64,000 nt of DNA from Macrostomum hystrix (taxonomy: Eukaryota; Animalia; Platyhelminthes). This document shows positions 25,101-38,265 of the stretch, piece after piece. The position numbers and the translations under genes were made by a program. Position 1 is the first letter of the stretch, and each line of letters begins with the position of its first letter. Below the pieces are notes generated by a model, which did not search any database, was not told where the DNA came from, and was given only the letters and a program-made list of their open reading frames with translations. Location of the stretch: the NCBI GenBank assembly GCA_950097015.1, contig CATNEN010000025.1, positions 5,704,001 to 5,768,000 on the forward strand, given 5' to 3'.

Positions 25101-28100
25101 GACTACAAACAAAAGTTCTCCTACTTAGATTTCTATTATTTCTTGATTAATTTAGTAATTTTTTTAGAACTCCTACTGAAGAAAGTTTTCGCTCTAACTA
25201 ATTAATTTTACTCTAATCATAAAATTGTTTTTATATCTCAAGTGATGTCTATTCAATACTTAAGAATTGTAATCTTCAATGTAAATTCGTTCTGCTGCTC
25301 TTGGTTATTTTTTTCAATTTCTAATTCATTTTAGAAATGCTACGAACAGAAATTGTACAAAAATGGTTTAAAGTTTGCCAAGCAGATCCTGTCCAACCCA
25401 AAGTACTCCGAACATGGAGGTAAGTACATGCTCGCCAGGAATTTATTTGCTATTTTACTAAGGTTTTATTTGTTTTATTCAGTCCATATTTAAACTTCGC
25501 TATTTTTCAGAAACCTTAGCTATGAAAGGCCTTATACTCAGCTACTTGGGAAAGAAGGATGAGGCATGGGAGCTTGTTAAGCGTGGCCTGAAAAACAACT
25601 TGAAAAGTTGCATATGTAAGTTTTTGAGCGTGTTTAAAAGCTAGGCTTTGAAATTTATTGCTCGTATATGAATGAAACATTTTCTGTCACCTCAGGCTGG
25701 CACGTGTTTGGCCTACTACAACGAGCTGAACGCAAATACGACGAAGCTATGAAAGCTTACAAATGCGCATTGCGCTTCGAATCAGACAATATGCAGATTC
25801 TGCGTGATTTGTCATTGCTGCAGGTGCAAATGCGCATCTTGGATGGCTATAGGGATACACGCTATCAACTGTTGCTACTTAGGCCCCAACAAAAAGCATC
25901 CTGGATTGGCTACGCGATGAGTTTTCACCTATTGGGCGACTATGATGGCACTTTAGCCATTTTGAAGGAGTATTGCAAGACCCAGAAACCGTCTGGACAG
26001 TACGACTATGAACATTCTGAACTGCTGCTGTACATGGTGTCCGTAATGCTCGAAGCTGGACAGAAGCAGGCCGCATTAGACTTCCTAACAGAGCACGATT
26101 CTAACATTATGGATCGCACCTATGCTAAAGAGGTTCGCTCTCGCCTATACGCCGATCTTGGCCAGCGATCCGATGCCGAAGCCCTAATTAGGGAATTAAT
26201 CGAAGTTAATCCGGAGAATCGGGCCTACTATGCTCAACTAGAAGAGTTGTTAAAACCGGCTGGACCAGCTGAACAGATGGCCATGTATGCCGAATTGCGC
26301 AAAGCGCATCCCAGAGCCGCAATGCCCAGACGCCTACCGTTGGACTTTCTAACCGGAGACGAGTTTGTCAAAGAATTTGATGCCTATTTGAGACAGGCAT
26401 TTCACAAGGGTGTACCTCAGCTATTCCGATTGGTCGAAGGCCTGTACGATCAGCCTGGCAAAGCTGATGTTGCTCATCGATTAGTCGACGGCTACAGGAT
26501 TAGCCTGACTGCCTGCAGCCGCTTCGGCGAATCGGATCCGCCGTCTAGTGTTGAACCACCGTCGACCATAGTGTGGGTCTGGTATTACCTGGCCCAGCAC
26601 TATAGCAAGCTCGGCCGGCCAGCTGAAGCGCTCAGACTCATCGATCTAGCTATTGAGCACACCCCAACCCTAACTGAGCTCTACTCACTCAAGGGCCAAA
26701 TCTACAAGGATGCCGGTGATTTAGTCTCTGCTTGCGAATATTTAAAAGAGGCGCAAAGCTTAGACACTGCGGATCGCTACGTGAATTCCATGTGCGCTCG
26801 CTATCTAATTCAGGCTGGCAAGATTGAAGAGGCCGAACAATTTCTTGGCCGATTCACTCGCGTAAGTAAAATATAATTAGTTTGCTGAATAAAACACTCA
26901 AACTCTCAGTTATCAAGCTACTGTTAGTAGCATGAAATACCAACTTCCTAAACTTAAAACAGGTAAGCTTGAAGAGTCTCAAGTTGAGATTTGAGCAAGT
27001 TGGTATTTCGACCATTTGGACCAAACACCATATGGGGATGCAACACCATATGGGGATGCAACTTTTATTCACAATGCCCTCGAAATGCAATTTCCCATTA
27101 CTTTTCTCTCCCTCTCTTTTTCCGTTGTGCTGTGCCCCGCAATAATGGAATAGAAGTGTAAGATGTAAGATGGCCAAGGCCTCAGTTTATGATGCCAATC
27201 TTGCCTATCAATTGTCGGCTGGCCAAATGGTCTAGGGGTATGATTCTCGCTTCGGGTGCGAGAGGTCCCGGGTTCGAATCCCGGTTTGGCCCCATAATTT
27301 TTTTGAATTCTCTAGTTTAATAAACATTTTTTTGTAAATGACATGGTCCTGTAAAGTATATATTCATTAAAACATTATCTTTAAATAAAATTAACATTTT
27401 TGGTTAACAATATGATAATGCATCCCTCGCTTTTCAATGGCCGATATGTATCGAAAAAGTTGTAGCTCACTGCGTAGATATTTTTTCCCTCAATCTTTTT
27501 TTTTAGTTGTAAAATATATCTCTAATATGCAGGTGCATGCATTTTTATCCGAGTGTTTGATTTCAATCTTTTTAGGAAGGCACAGTCGCTGGTGAGCACT
27601 TGGCGGACATGCAGTGCATGTGGTACTTGACCGAGTGCGGTGCCTCCTATAAACGTCTGGGCCAATACGGCCTAGCGCTAAAGAAGTGCCACGAAGTCGA
27701 ACGGCATTTCAACGAGATGGTTGAAGACCAGTTCGACTTTCACTCGTATTGCCTTCGTAAAATGACGCTTAGAGCCTACGTGTCTATGCTTAGACTCGAG
27801 GACAGGCTCAAGGCGCATCCCTACTATTTTACTGCGGCTCGGTTGGCCATCGAAACTTACCTAATGCTGCACAGGCGGCCGCTCAACGCGCAGGCCAATG
27901 ATTCTGTAGGCGACACCGATGGCCTTTCTGCCGGAGAAGCAAAAAAGCTGCGAAGCAAGCAGCGAAAAGCGCAAAAAAGGGCCGAACAGGTATTTACGGA
28001 TTTTACATACAAAATTAATAAAGCGCATTTATTTTAGGTTAATATTTTTTGGTAAAATTGCAAATAAACCGATTGATGCTACTAATAGTATTTTGTTCGG

Positions 28101-29234
28101 TCAACTTTTCGACTTCAATAGGAGCGACAAAAGGCTGAACAAGAGCTTGCGGCGCGTCAGGCCGCCAGAAAAACGCACAAAGAGCACGACGCCGATGCGG
28201 ATGCCAGCGCTTTTAAAGAAGAGGCCCTCGACCCCGAGAAGCTTGCCCGCACTGATCAGCCATTGGACCAGGCTGTGACCTTCCTGCGCCCCTTGCTCAC
28301 ACTCTGCTCAGATAGTGTAGAAGCTCAGTGCCTCGGCTTCGATGTCTACAGAGCGCGACAAAGGCCTCTTTTAATGCTTCGCTGTCTGCTTAAAGCCAGA
28401 TCTATTGACTCCAATCATCTTTGGCTGCACGCCTGCCTAGTTCGCTTCCTGGCTATGACGGCCGATCAACAGGGCGCTATGGCTGCCATGGAGCCGGCAG
28501 TTCGCGGAATGATCGTTCAACACCTGCCAGATCTGTTTGGCGACGCTAAAGTCTCGCCTACCGAATACAATCAGGCTTTCCTGGCTAAGAGTGCCGGCAA
28601 TCTAGAGTACACCTTCTGGGGTATGATCGGATCAGGATCTCGTGTTTTTGTGTTTGAGTATTCCGTGTTCAGAAGTAATGTCTATTTGAAGGAACTAAAA
28701 AAATCAGAGTCTTGTGGTTTCAGGGTTCTCGAATATAATTTTTTTATCAGTGGCAGGATCAAGTATCCAAAAAGTCAAGATTTACAGTCGGGATCAAGAA
28801 TCGGGAAGTGTTAGGACTAAGAGTTTGGATCAAATATGAGGATAAACTGCTCAACAACACATCGTTTTGCTCCCTACCTGTCTTACTGTCGTTTAGGTCT
28901 CCGCCTGAAGTACGAGCTGGAAGGCTCTGGCAGTCAATCTGCCTGCCTGTCTGGCCTGACCGCCGCCCTATCTGGCACCGGTCTGGAGCGCCAACTTGAT
29001 GCCTGCTCGCGCGCCTACGCCGATCTGCGCGCCGGCGAATTATTCGGCCAGGTGGAGCCGGCAGAATTAGATCGGGTGCGCAGTCTGCTCAGGGAATTAT
29101 TCCCATTCTCTAAGGATTTCATGTCAGCCGCCGATGCAGCCGCAGCTGACTCTGTGCCTATTAAGATTGCGCCACGGTCAATTATTAACGGTTGCGACTC
29201 GGCTGATGCTAGTAATGGCGAGGAGCGGCACTGA
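22150..29234 (+). CDS. NAA15: N-alpha-acetyltransferase NatA auxiliary subunit, about 890 aa; exons 22150-22215, 25335-25419, 25511-25615, 25696-26861, 27576-27989, 28122-28620, 28897-29234
   Basis: Recognisable motifs [13 protein letters not shown]|[43 protein letters not shown] and [18 protein letters not shown]. All junctions are GT-AG and phase-consistent (2673 nt). Confidence 0.95.
27221..27292 (+). tRNA. tRNA-Pro (CGG), inside NAA15 intron 4
   Basis: Acceptor stem GGCCAAA/TTTGGCC, anticodon arm CTCGC-TTCGGGT-GCGAG, T-loop GTTCGAATC, and a downstream T-run terminator. Confidence 0.95.
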
Positions 29235-29919
29235 GGCCTGTTAGTGTTCTTTTTTTACTCGTAGTGCCATTAGGCCGCCATGATTTCTTTGTTGCCTGGG
29301 TTCGACTTCAAAGTGAATTTGATTCTGGATACTTGTTTTTTTAGAAAAAATCATAGATTGTTCTGTTCACTGTGAACAATATGGAATTGAAATTCAAGTT
29401 ATTCTTGCATGATGCTTTAAATTATGATTTTTGCTACAAAAAAATTTGGAAAAAAAAACTAGAGAAACGTCTCGGGTGCCTACCATTATTCTTTACTCAA
29501 TGAAGGGGGCAATTTCGCGCCTCAATTACTTTATTACCACACGCCCTACTTCTTAGCTATCGTTCTTGTACTGTTTGCATACTCTTAAATTTCAATATCT
29601 TCATTAAAGCTAATTACTCTCCTCTGTTAAGCTAGTAATATATTTGGCCAGTGAATTTCAAGCACTTATGACATGATCTATTCTTATCCTTTCTGAGCTC
29701 TAAATCCCGATGCTTCTATTAGAGAACGAGCCTGTTCCGAGGAAAATAAATTCTCGTAAAATTATTTTTATCTTTATTGCTTATTACTGAAAAGTTTAAC
29801 AAAAAAAGTTATTGAAATATTTCAATTTCTAATTTCAATTTCAATTTCTAAGTCGCTCCCCTTTTGTGTTTTGCACGAACTATTTTTGTAGTTAAAATTA
29901 ACTTTAATTGCTAACTTAA

Positions 29920-30285
29920 TAATAATAATAATAATAATAATAATAGTTGCAGGAGAGGCGTCAATGATATATAATTTGGTGACACTAGACCCGCAACATG
30001 CGAGGAGGCAATTCTTCCATGATTCCCCAATTCCTGAGCACACGCGCACACAAATACTGTACGCAGGCACACGCTCACACAGGTGTGTACATCTGCTCTG
30101 ACTTTCTCATCGTCAGGCAGTATAGACTTTCACTGTGCATTGGAGGTTGGCCCTCAATGGCGTTAATTGCACGACAAGCCCCCAAGCCTTCTCTCTGCGG
30201 CTGCGCCCTCAATGAATGTGGGCCTCGTCGCGAAATCGAGCTCAGGGACCATAGTACGCGAGGCAGACGCGTTAACCACTTAGCC
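29920..30285 (-). mobile_element. tRNA-derived SINE family B, near full length with an (ATT)n tail
   Basis: Head GGCTAAGTGGTTAACGCGTC...GAGCTCGATTTC; matches 8391-8770. Confidence 0.75.
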
Positions 30286-30564
30286 ATTCACCCATCTGCT
30301 AATTCTTGTCCGAAACTGTTTAGAATAAATTAATTTGAAAAACTGTTTATTATACTAAACAATATTTCACTTGTTGAATTAGTATGATTATAGCCTAATT
30401 ATTTACCGTGCAGTCCTTTAAGTGTGCATGTTAGTAAAATTTAATATTTTTCCGTCAGTCACTATCCAACTAATAACGCTATCTTTATATATTTGCATTG
30501 TACTCGTAGTACCGAAATGCCCAAGCGAAAGTCATACAACAGCAAATTGGCCAACTTTAATGGG

Positions 30565-31221
30565 TCATTTTGTATTCCTTCGCAAATCATGTTTTACTTT
30601 TACTGTTCCTCGTTCACCTCGGGCATAACAAGGGGGGCAATTAATCCTTAATTGGGCAATATATTGCTTAGGATAAGTTTTATTACTCGTAGTTTGCTTC
30701 ACCAAACCAGTGACATTCGCTTGTCTTACTTTCACTTAACAAAAAACGGTATATTTTTGTAATTCATTGTCTAACTTATGTAAAGCTGGATAACTTTTGT
30801 TTTTGCTTCAGGCTAAAACCATAGCCTCTATGCCTGCTTAAATTAATATTTCTTAACCATTTTCGCTATTGTAGCTGAACTAACACCCTATCCTATGACT
30901 TATTGTGTTCTCTATAGATCTATTGTCTGTCTTACTTTTTCTATGTTTTGTTTCGCTGTGAGCACTCGCCCACGCCAATTTATGATACCGTGTTTTGTAG
31001 CTTCGATTAACTTCTGCGTCAAAAAAATATTTTTTTTCGCTAGGATTTACTAGAAAAATAAATTTGCTAGGCAACGACAGCTTTAAATTAAATTAGAATA
31101 TTTTGGGAACTTAAAACCTGTTCAAAATGATCATTATATACTTAGTGTGTCTTCTGCTAGGTAACAAGTACTGCTTGCAGCTTTTTTGACCCCTGCTCCC
31201 GTTCACCCGTCTGTTTTTCTC
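30565..31221 (-). CDS. Tentative small multi-exon gene absent from the ORF track; exons 31221-31172, 31013-30936, 30812-30776, 30734-30565
   Basis: GT-AG exons join in phase: EKQTGEREQGSKKLQA|KLIEATKHGIINWRGRVLTAKQNIEK|PEAKTKVIQLYI|MKVRQANV...RINCPPCY. No start exon was resolved and one intron is only 41 nt. Confidence 0.3.
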
Positions 31222-31289
31222 CTATTTAAATGAATTCATGAGATACGCTTCAGCACTTTCTGACCCGTTCATTACCTGTACTAGTAGTA

Positions 31290-31302
31290 GTTGCTATGAA
31301 AC
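31290..31302. promoter_or_regulatory. X-box (RFX)-like motif GTTGCTATGAAAC
   Basis: Near-consensus RFX palindrome, lying between RPL30 and the tentative antisense gene. Confidence 0.35.
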
Positions 31303-31552
31303 AAAAATTATTGTTTATCTAACACATTTGAATGTGCATAAAATAAGTTAGTGCCGGAAAAGCGTTCAAGCACATTTCCTTATATTTAGTGTGCGCGAGA
31401 TTTCACTTTTATTCATTTTATTTAAACGTGAATCTAATTACATTTTGTTAATAAAATGAAAAGTACTACTTTTAAGTAGGACTATTTGCATATTTTAATT
31501 GAATCCATTTTTGCTATACTTGCAGCTCTTTGAGTAGGACTCTACAGACAGA

Positions 31553-31894
31553 ATGAGCGCAGCTAAGAAAGTTTCAAAGAAGGCGCAGGAGAACATCAAC
31601 GCCAGGCTGGCTCTAGTAATGAAGAGCGGTAAAGTTGTTCTGGGACTCAACCAGACTGTCAAGAGCCTCCGACAGGGCAAGGCCAAGCTAGTGATCCTGG
31701 CTAACAATACCCCGGCCCTCAGAAAGAGTCTTATCGAGTATTACTCGATGCTGGCTAAAGCTGGCGTGCATCACTACAGCGGTAACAACATCGAGTTGGG
31801 AACAGCGTGCGGCAAACACTTCAAAATCTGCACAATGGCCATAATTGAAGCCGGAGATTCCGACATCATCCGTGAGACCATCGCCGGAAACTAA
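31553..31894 (+). CDS. RPL30: 60S ribosomal protein L30 (eL30), 113 aa, intronless CDS
   Basis: [13 protein letters not shown]...[11 protein letters not shown]...GDSDII. An acceptor (CTTGCAG) lies at 31527 and AATAAA at 31979-31984. Confidence 0.98.
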   Translation: MSAAKKVSKKAQENINARLALVMKSGKVVLGLNQTVKSLRQGKAKLVILANNTPALRKSLIEYYSMLAKAGVHHYSGNNIELGTACGKHFKICTMAIIEAGDSDIIRETIAGN

Positions 31895-32149
31895 TTTCCT
31901 GTGTTATAAACAGGAAAAATTATTTGTTATGGATGGACTGACAGTCGTTCAGATGCAACAGTAAAGCTTTGCGCTTAAAATAAACTGAGTGTTCTTTGGA
32001 GTGGCTCGCTTGCTATTCGCGGAGCCTTCCAAACAATTTGTGGATTATTTCTTTTTGTTGTGTTTTTCATTTATTCCAAGACTCTGGTTACTCCAGAAGT
32101 TTAAGATAAGAGTCGGTACTTATATTTTGATTCAAGGGTGTGCACTCAG

Positions 32150-33015
32150 AGTCGGGATCAATTGTCGGGACTAAGTATCAGGATCCAGTGTCTGGACTAA
32201 GTATCGAGATCAAGCGTTGGGACTAGGTATCGGGATCAAGTGTCGGGACTAAGTATCGGGATCAAGTGTCGGGGACTAGGTATCGGGATCAAGTGTCGGG
32301 ACTAAGTATCAGGATCCAGTGTCTGGACTAAGTATCGAGATCAAGCGTTGGGACTAGGTATCGGGATCAAGTGTCGGGACTAGGTATCGAGATCAAGCGT
32401 TGGGACTAAGTATCAGGATCCAGTGTCTGGACTAAGTATCGAGATCAAGCGTTGGGACTAGGTATCGGGATCAAGTGTCGGGACTAAGTATCGGGATCAA
32501 GTGTCGGGGACTAGGTATCGGGATCAAGTGTCGGGACTAAGTATCAGGATCCAGTGTCTGGACTAAGTATCGAGATCAAGCGTTGGGACTAGGTATCGGG
32601 ATCAAGTGTCGGGACTAGGTATCGAGATCAAGCGTTGGGACTAAGTATCAGGATCCAGTGTCTGGACTAAGTATCGAGATCAAGCGTTGGGACTAGGTAT
32701 CGGGATCAAGTGTCGGGACTAAGTATCGGGATCAAGTGTCGGGGACTAGGTATCGGGATCAAGTGTCGGGACTAAGTATCAGGATCCAGTGTCTGGACTA
32801 AGTATCGAGATCAAGCGTTGGGACTAGGTATCGGGATCAAGTGTCGGGACTAGGTATCGGGATCAAGTGTCGGGACTAAGTATCGGGATCAAGTGTCTGG
32901 ACTAAGTATCGAGATCAAGCTTTGGGACTAGGTATCAGGACCCAGTGTCTGGACTAAGTATCGGGATCAAGTGTCGGGACTAAGTGTCGGGACTAAGTAT
33001 CGGGATCAAGTGTCA
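32150..33015. repeat. About 26-bp satellite (GGACTAAGTATCGGGATCAAGTGTCG) with an approximately 235-bp higher-order period
   Basis: The variant ATCAGGATCCAGTGTCTGG recurs at alternating spacings of about 130 and 104 bp. Confidence 0.93.
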
Positions 33016-33048
33016 GTACTGGCATTTTGCTGTGCGATTTGCTTCCAG

Positions 33049-36011
33049 ATGTCCCTGTACGACGATCTTGACGTCACACCCAGTGGCGGTAGCGGCAGCA
33101 CTGGCGGCGTCGGTGGCGGCGGAAGTGCCGCTTCTGGCTGGAGTCTGCCAATGCAGAAGACCCTGCTACTGCAACAGCAGAAACGATTGCAGCAGCAGCA
33201 GGCGGCTGCGGCTGCGGCGGCGTCTGGCACCGGCAGTGGAGGAGCTGGCCATCAGCGCACAGGCAGCGGCGGCACCACGTCGTCCTCTGGCCCGACTCTG
33301 GCGCCAGTGTTAAATTTGCGTGGCGGAAAACAGCAGCGCGACTCGCGACACGGCGTTATTGTTGGCAATCTGGGCAGCGGAATAGGCGGCGGCGAATACC
33401 GGTTTGTTGCTTATCGGAATTGCTAAATAATACATGCAGCTAGAGGCTAGAGATCTTGAGTATCTAAGGGCCCGGTGAATGTCTAAATCCCGCCTGGCCT
33501 CTCAACATCTACTCCATCTTATAGATCTCCCCCGCGTCATCTCTCCACAGTCTCTGCGGATCCTATTTCATCTCCCCCACGTCATCTCTCCCCTGTCCTA
33601 TCTAATGGGGATCTTATCTCATCTCCCCCCACTTTATCTCTCCCCTATCTAAGGGGATCCTATCTTATCTCTCCCCTGTCTAAGGGGATCCTATCTCATC
33701 TTCCCCAGACATCGTGCTTACCACAAATACAGACCATTGTTCTGTAAAAAAAGCGTCTATTCATCCGTATTCAACAAGCTGTTAGTTGTATTTGGCCTGC
33801 TGTTCATAGGTTCAACCAGCGCACCGGGCGCATGGAGCGAACCGAGCTAACCGCCGCTGTCGGCCCTAAAGCCGGCGTCAACGATCCAACCCTGGCTCTG
33901 GGACCAGACGACGATTATAACCCGTTTTATCCTAACGAGTACGACGAAGTTGTCGGCATGGTTCGAGCGAAACGAAAAATGCAAGAATTAGCCGATACAG
34001 ACAGACAGGCAAAAGAGAAGCAACAGAAGCGGCAGCAGCAGCAGCAGCAACAGCAACAGCAATCGTCTAGCCATGATTCTGATGGCAGCTTCGACCGGTC
34101 GGGCTCAGACAGCGAAGAAGAAGAGGAAGAGAAAAAACGACGCATGGGTCGCGGCGCTTACATCGCTCCGCCCAGCTCACTACTTGAGCAGGACTCAAAG
34201 CCAACTAGCGAACCGCCAGCTGGCGCCGCCGGCTCTTCTCAGTTTCCGCCGTTTGGCGGCAAGCAGAGCCTAGCCGAGAAGCACAATGTTAGCAATGCTG
34301 CTGCCAAAATGATGGCCAAAATGGGCTATAGACACGGACAGGGCCTCGGTCGCGAAGGCCAGGGCATGGCATCGGCCCTCTTAGTAGAGAAGACAAGCAA
34401 ACGCGGAGGAAAGATAGTCAGCGAATTGGATCGCTATAAGAATCCGTCCCTTGTAAGTAAAAAGCTGGGGCAAGAGGGAGTTCATATCTGGCTTTTTAAG
34501 GATTTATTAAAGCGAGTGTAATCTTCCGCAAACTCCAGCCCGCGGGCCAGGTGCGGCCCTCAAAGCTCCCAAGTCTCTTCCCGTTGCCACTTCTAACACC
34601 TATGGTATCCTGTCTCATATTCCCGTCTTATCTGAAGATAAAGAGTCTCATCTCTCGTTTTTCATCTCTCCCCTGTCTCATCTCTCCCCTGTCTCATCTC
34701 TCCCCTGTCTCATCTCTTCCTTGTCTCATCTCTCGTTTTTCATCTCTCCTTGTCTCATCTCTCCCCTGTCTCATCTCTCCAGTGTCTCATCTCTCCAGTG
34801 TCTCATCTCTCCAGTGTCTCATCTCTCCAGTGTCTCATCTCTCCAGTGTCTCATCTATAGTTTTTTATCTCTCCCTGTCTCATCTCTTCCCAGTCTCATC
34901 CCTCCCCTGTCTCGTCTATCCCGTGTCTCAACTCTCCTGTGTCTTATCTATCCCCTGTCTCATCTCTCCCCTTCCTCATATTGCTACAGAAAAAGCGGCC
35001 CGCTGTCGTATTTTAGGTTCTCTGCGTGACACGCACGCTAATAAGTTTGCCGACCCCTGTTCTACATAATATCCCTAAGCTCATATCCCTTAAACTTATC
35101 GCCTAAATTCACTCATGCACCATTTTCCCCTAATTAACTTTCCATCCCTAGACCCCAGTTCCCCAAAATATAATGCTCTATGTCCCAATTAACTTCAAAT
35201 CCCTTAAAATTCACATTAACTTAAATTCGCATTTCGCAACCCACAAACTTCTCATCCCCTAATCTTCCCATTTACTTTATTTTAAATCCTCGAATTTCGT
35301 TTCCACAAAACATGTAAAAATTCCGTTAACCGTTCAGCGAATATACGTAGGGTGTCCCAGAAATAGCGGGAAAAATCGATGCACAGGCAAACTGGTGAAA
35401 CATAGTTTATTGAAACTTATGTCACTGATAAATAAACATTCAGCAGTTCTAACGCTTTTTAAATTAAGTAAATATGTCAATTCATTAAAAAGTTATGGCT
35501 AAAATTAGAACTGCTGCCGGTTCAGATACATTTGTGATGTGATGAAAACAATTTACAGGCTATTTGACACAGCTTTGCGTGATATGCATTCCACCAACTC
35601 TGATTAAAAAAGCGACACATATCTTAATGGAATTGTTGGAGAATTCCCCCCCAATATAAATTGTGTTACTTTTAATGTGTCCCCCTTCCCCAGGTGATCA
35701 TGCTCACCAACATGGTGGGCCCCGGCGAGGTTGACGACGAACTAGAAGACGAAATCAAAGACGAATGCCAAAAGTACGGCCCAGTGGTCCTAGTTACTAT
35801 ATATGAACTGCCGCAGCCAAATCTACCAGCAGAGGAGGCTGTTAGAATCTTTGTCGAATTCGAGCGCATGGACTCGGCTATTAAGGCTATGAACGAACTG
35901 AATGGCCGATTCTTTGGCGGCCGCACTGTCACTTGCCGATTCTACGATACAGAGAAGTTTCGCGACTTAGAACTCGATGGCCTGCCTTTGCCTTTGGAAT
36001 TGAATGAGTAA
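33049..36011 (+). CDS. RBM17: Splicing factor 45 (G-patch plus UHM), about 437 aa; exons 33049-33401, 33810-34452, 35694-36011
   Basis: MSLYDDL N-terminus, DDYNPFYPNEYDEVV, RGAYIAPP, G-patch KMMAKMGYRHGQGLGREGQG and UHM NMVGPGEVDDELE...LNGRFFGGRTV. Junctions are in phase. Confidence 0.95.
33520..33700. repeat. Degenerate ATCTCTCCCC satellite remnant in SPF45 intron 1
   Basis: Resembles the 16-bp family. Confidence 0.55.
34610..34980. repeat. 16-bp TCTCATCTCTCCCCTG-family satellite in SPF45 intron 2
   Basis: Direct reading of the monomers. Confidence 0.85.
35345..35520. mobile_element. Possible Tc1/mariner-type MITE remnant
   Basis: TAGGGTGTCCCAGAAA resembles TACAGGGTGTCCC-type termini. The second end was not found. 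Confidence 0.3.
35534..35608 (+). ncRNA. Box C/D snoRNA family A, copy 1 (SPF45 intron 2)
   Basis: C box GTGATGA at 35539-45 and D box CTGA at 35600-03, preceded by TCCACCAACT, which is complementary to conserved 18S AGTTGGTGGA. It ends 90 nt before the 3' splice site. Confidence 0.8.
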
Positions 36012-36089
36012 TGCTTATGCTTAGAGAATAATTTGACTTGTTCACAATTGCTAGCTAAGACAAATCGAGATTCCAATTCCCAGAGACAT

Positions 36090-36420
36090 CGAGATCCCCC
36101 ATCCCCAGTCACGCCGTGATCCCCATTTCCAGTCATGCCGTGATCCCATCCCCAGTCATGCCGTGATCCCATCCCCAGTCATGCCGTGATCCCCATTTCC
36201 AGTCATGCCGTGATCCCATCCCCAGTCATGCCGTGATCCCATCCCCAGTCATGCCGTGATCCCATCCCCAGTCATGCCGTGATCCCATCCCCAGTCACGC
36301 CGGGATCCCCATTCCCAGTCACACCGATATTCCTATTATCAGTCATACAAAGGTCCCCATTCCCAGTCACAATGTGATCCCTATTGCCAGTCATACCGAG
36401 ATCCCTGCTCCCAAACACAG
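36090..36420. repeat. 23-24-bp satellite (CCCCAGTCATGCCGTGATCCCAT) just after the SPF45 stop
   Basis: Direct reading of the monomers. Confidence 0.9.
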
Positions 36421-37054
36421 CGAGATCTAATTTATGGTGCATTTTATCCCATGCAGCCTAACTGTTTGCTATAATTAGAAATGTCCTAGCTTATGAGATT
36501 TCTATTCAAATCTTTATGTTCTTTGCTGGCTTCTGTAACTCATAGTTTATTCTTCTCATTAGGCTCCTTATTATCCGAAAATGTGTTTTTAACATAACAC
36601 TGATGTCTGCCTTTCAGATTTACATGTTTCTGTGTACATTTCTGTATAACTGTGTTCTCGTTATTGTATGTTTTTCGTGTATAATAATTGATATGCTTCT
36701 CTGTTAATTATGTTTGAATGTGCAGTTTAGTGATTGACGTTGAGACGACGGAGTCTATAAATCATAAGTTTTTTTTGCCTCAGGTGTCTTTAGCAATGGG
36801 CAATATGGAAAATGTGATTGTGTTGACAACCCTTAAAGTCTAGCAGTTGACAACCTTAGCAATTTCAGTTTATCTCGTAAGTATAAAAATATGGTTTTGA
36901 TTTTCCGTTCAATTTATAATATTGTTAAAGACAGTTAAAGTTAAAGGCCGTTCTAACAGTCTTGTAGTGTTAAGAAGTCGCTCCGTAAAATAAAGTAAAA
37001 ATTAAATAACGCTTTGTTGTTTAAACTTTATTTCTTAAAAATCTATTGAAAAGA

Positions 37055-37164
37055 GCCGTAATGATGATAATTATCAAATGGCTATTTGACATGGCGGGCA
37101 TTGTTGGCCTATAGCCGCATAGTCACGCCTAATTGATACTTAACTCCACCAACTCTGATGCGGC
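37055..37164 (+). ncRNA. Box C/D snoRNA family A, copy 2 (between SPF45 and ZC3H13)
   Basis: Terminal stem GCCGTA/TGCGGC, C box ATGATGA at 37061-67, guide ACTCCACCAACT at 37143-54 and D box at 37155-58. Confidence 0.85.
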
Positions 37165-37219
37165 TGTTCTAGATTTTAGATTTCTAGGTTAATTATTAAG
37201 GCTTTCGATAATAGGGACA

Positions 37220-38203
37220 GGTGTAGGATTGTGATGGTGGGTGCCAGTTGTAGGATTGTGATGGTGGGTGCCAGTTGTAGGATTGTGATGGTGGGTGCCA
37301 GTTGTAGGATTGTGATGGTGGGTGCCAGTTGTAGGATTGTGATGGTGGGTGCCAGTTGTAGGATTGTGATGGTGGGTGCCAGTTGTAGGATTGTGATGGT
37401 GGGTGCCAGTTGTAGGATTGTGATGGTGGGTGCCAGTTGTAGGATTGTGATGGTGGGTGCCAGTTGTAGGATTGTGATGGTGGGTGCCAGTTGTAGGATT
37501 GTGATGGAGGGTGCCAGTTGTAGGATTTGTAGGTGGGTGCCAGTTGTAGGATTGTGATGGAGGGTGCCAGTTGTAGGATTGTGATGGTGGGTGCCAGTTG
37601 TAGGATTTGTAGGTGGGTGCCAGTTGTAGGATTGTGTAGGTGGGTGCCAGTTGTAGGATTGTGATGGTGGGTGCCAGTTGTAGGATTGTGATGGTGGGTG
37701 CCAGTTGTAGGATTGTGATGGTAGGTGCCAGTTGTAGGATTTGTAGGTGGGTGCCAGTTGTAGGATTGTGTAGGTGGGTGCCAGTTGTAGGATTGTGATG
37801 GTGGGTGCCAGTTGTAGGATTTGTAGGTGGGTGCCAGTTGTAGGATTGTGTAGGTGGGTGCCAGTTGTAGGATTGTGATGGTGGGTGCCAGTTGTAGGAT
37901 TGTGATGGTGGGTGCCAGTTGTAGGATTGTGATGGTGGGTGCCAGTTGTAGGATTGTGATGGTGGGTGCCAGTTGTAGGATTTGTAGGTGGGTGCCAGTT
38001 GTAGGATTGTGTAGGTGGGTGCCAGTTGTAGGATTGTGATGGTGGGTGCCAGTTGTAGGATTGTGATGGTGGGTGCCAGTTGTAGGATTGTGATGGTGGG
38101 TGCCAGTTGTAGGATTGTGATGGTGGGTGCCAGTTGTAGGATTTGTAGGTGGGTGCCAGTTGTAGGATTGTGTAGGTGGGTGCCAGTTGTAGGATTGTGT
38201 AGG
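37220..38203. repeat. 27-bp satellite (GTGATGGTGGGTGCCAGTTGTAGGATT)
   Basis: Direct reading of the monomers. Confidence 0.96.
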
Positions 38204-38265
38204 TAAATGTAATTTGTGTGATTACGCAGGTGTTAAATCGTTGCTAACCCCCCAACCCTTTCCAG

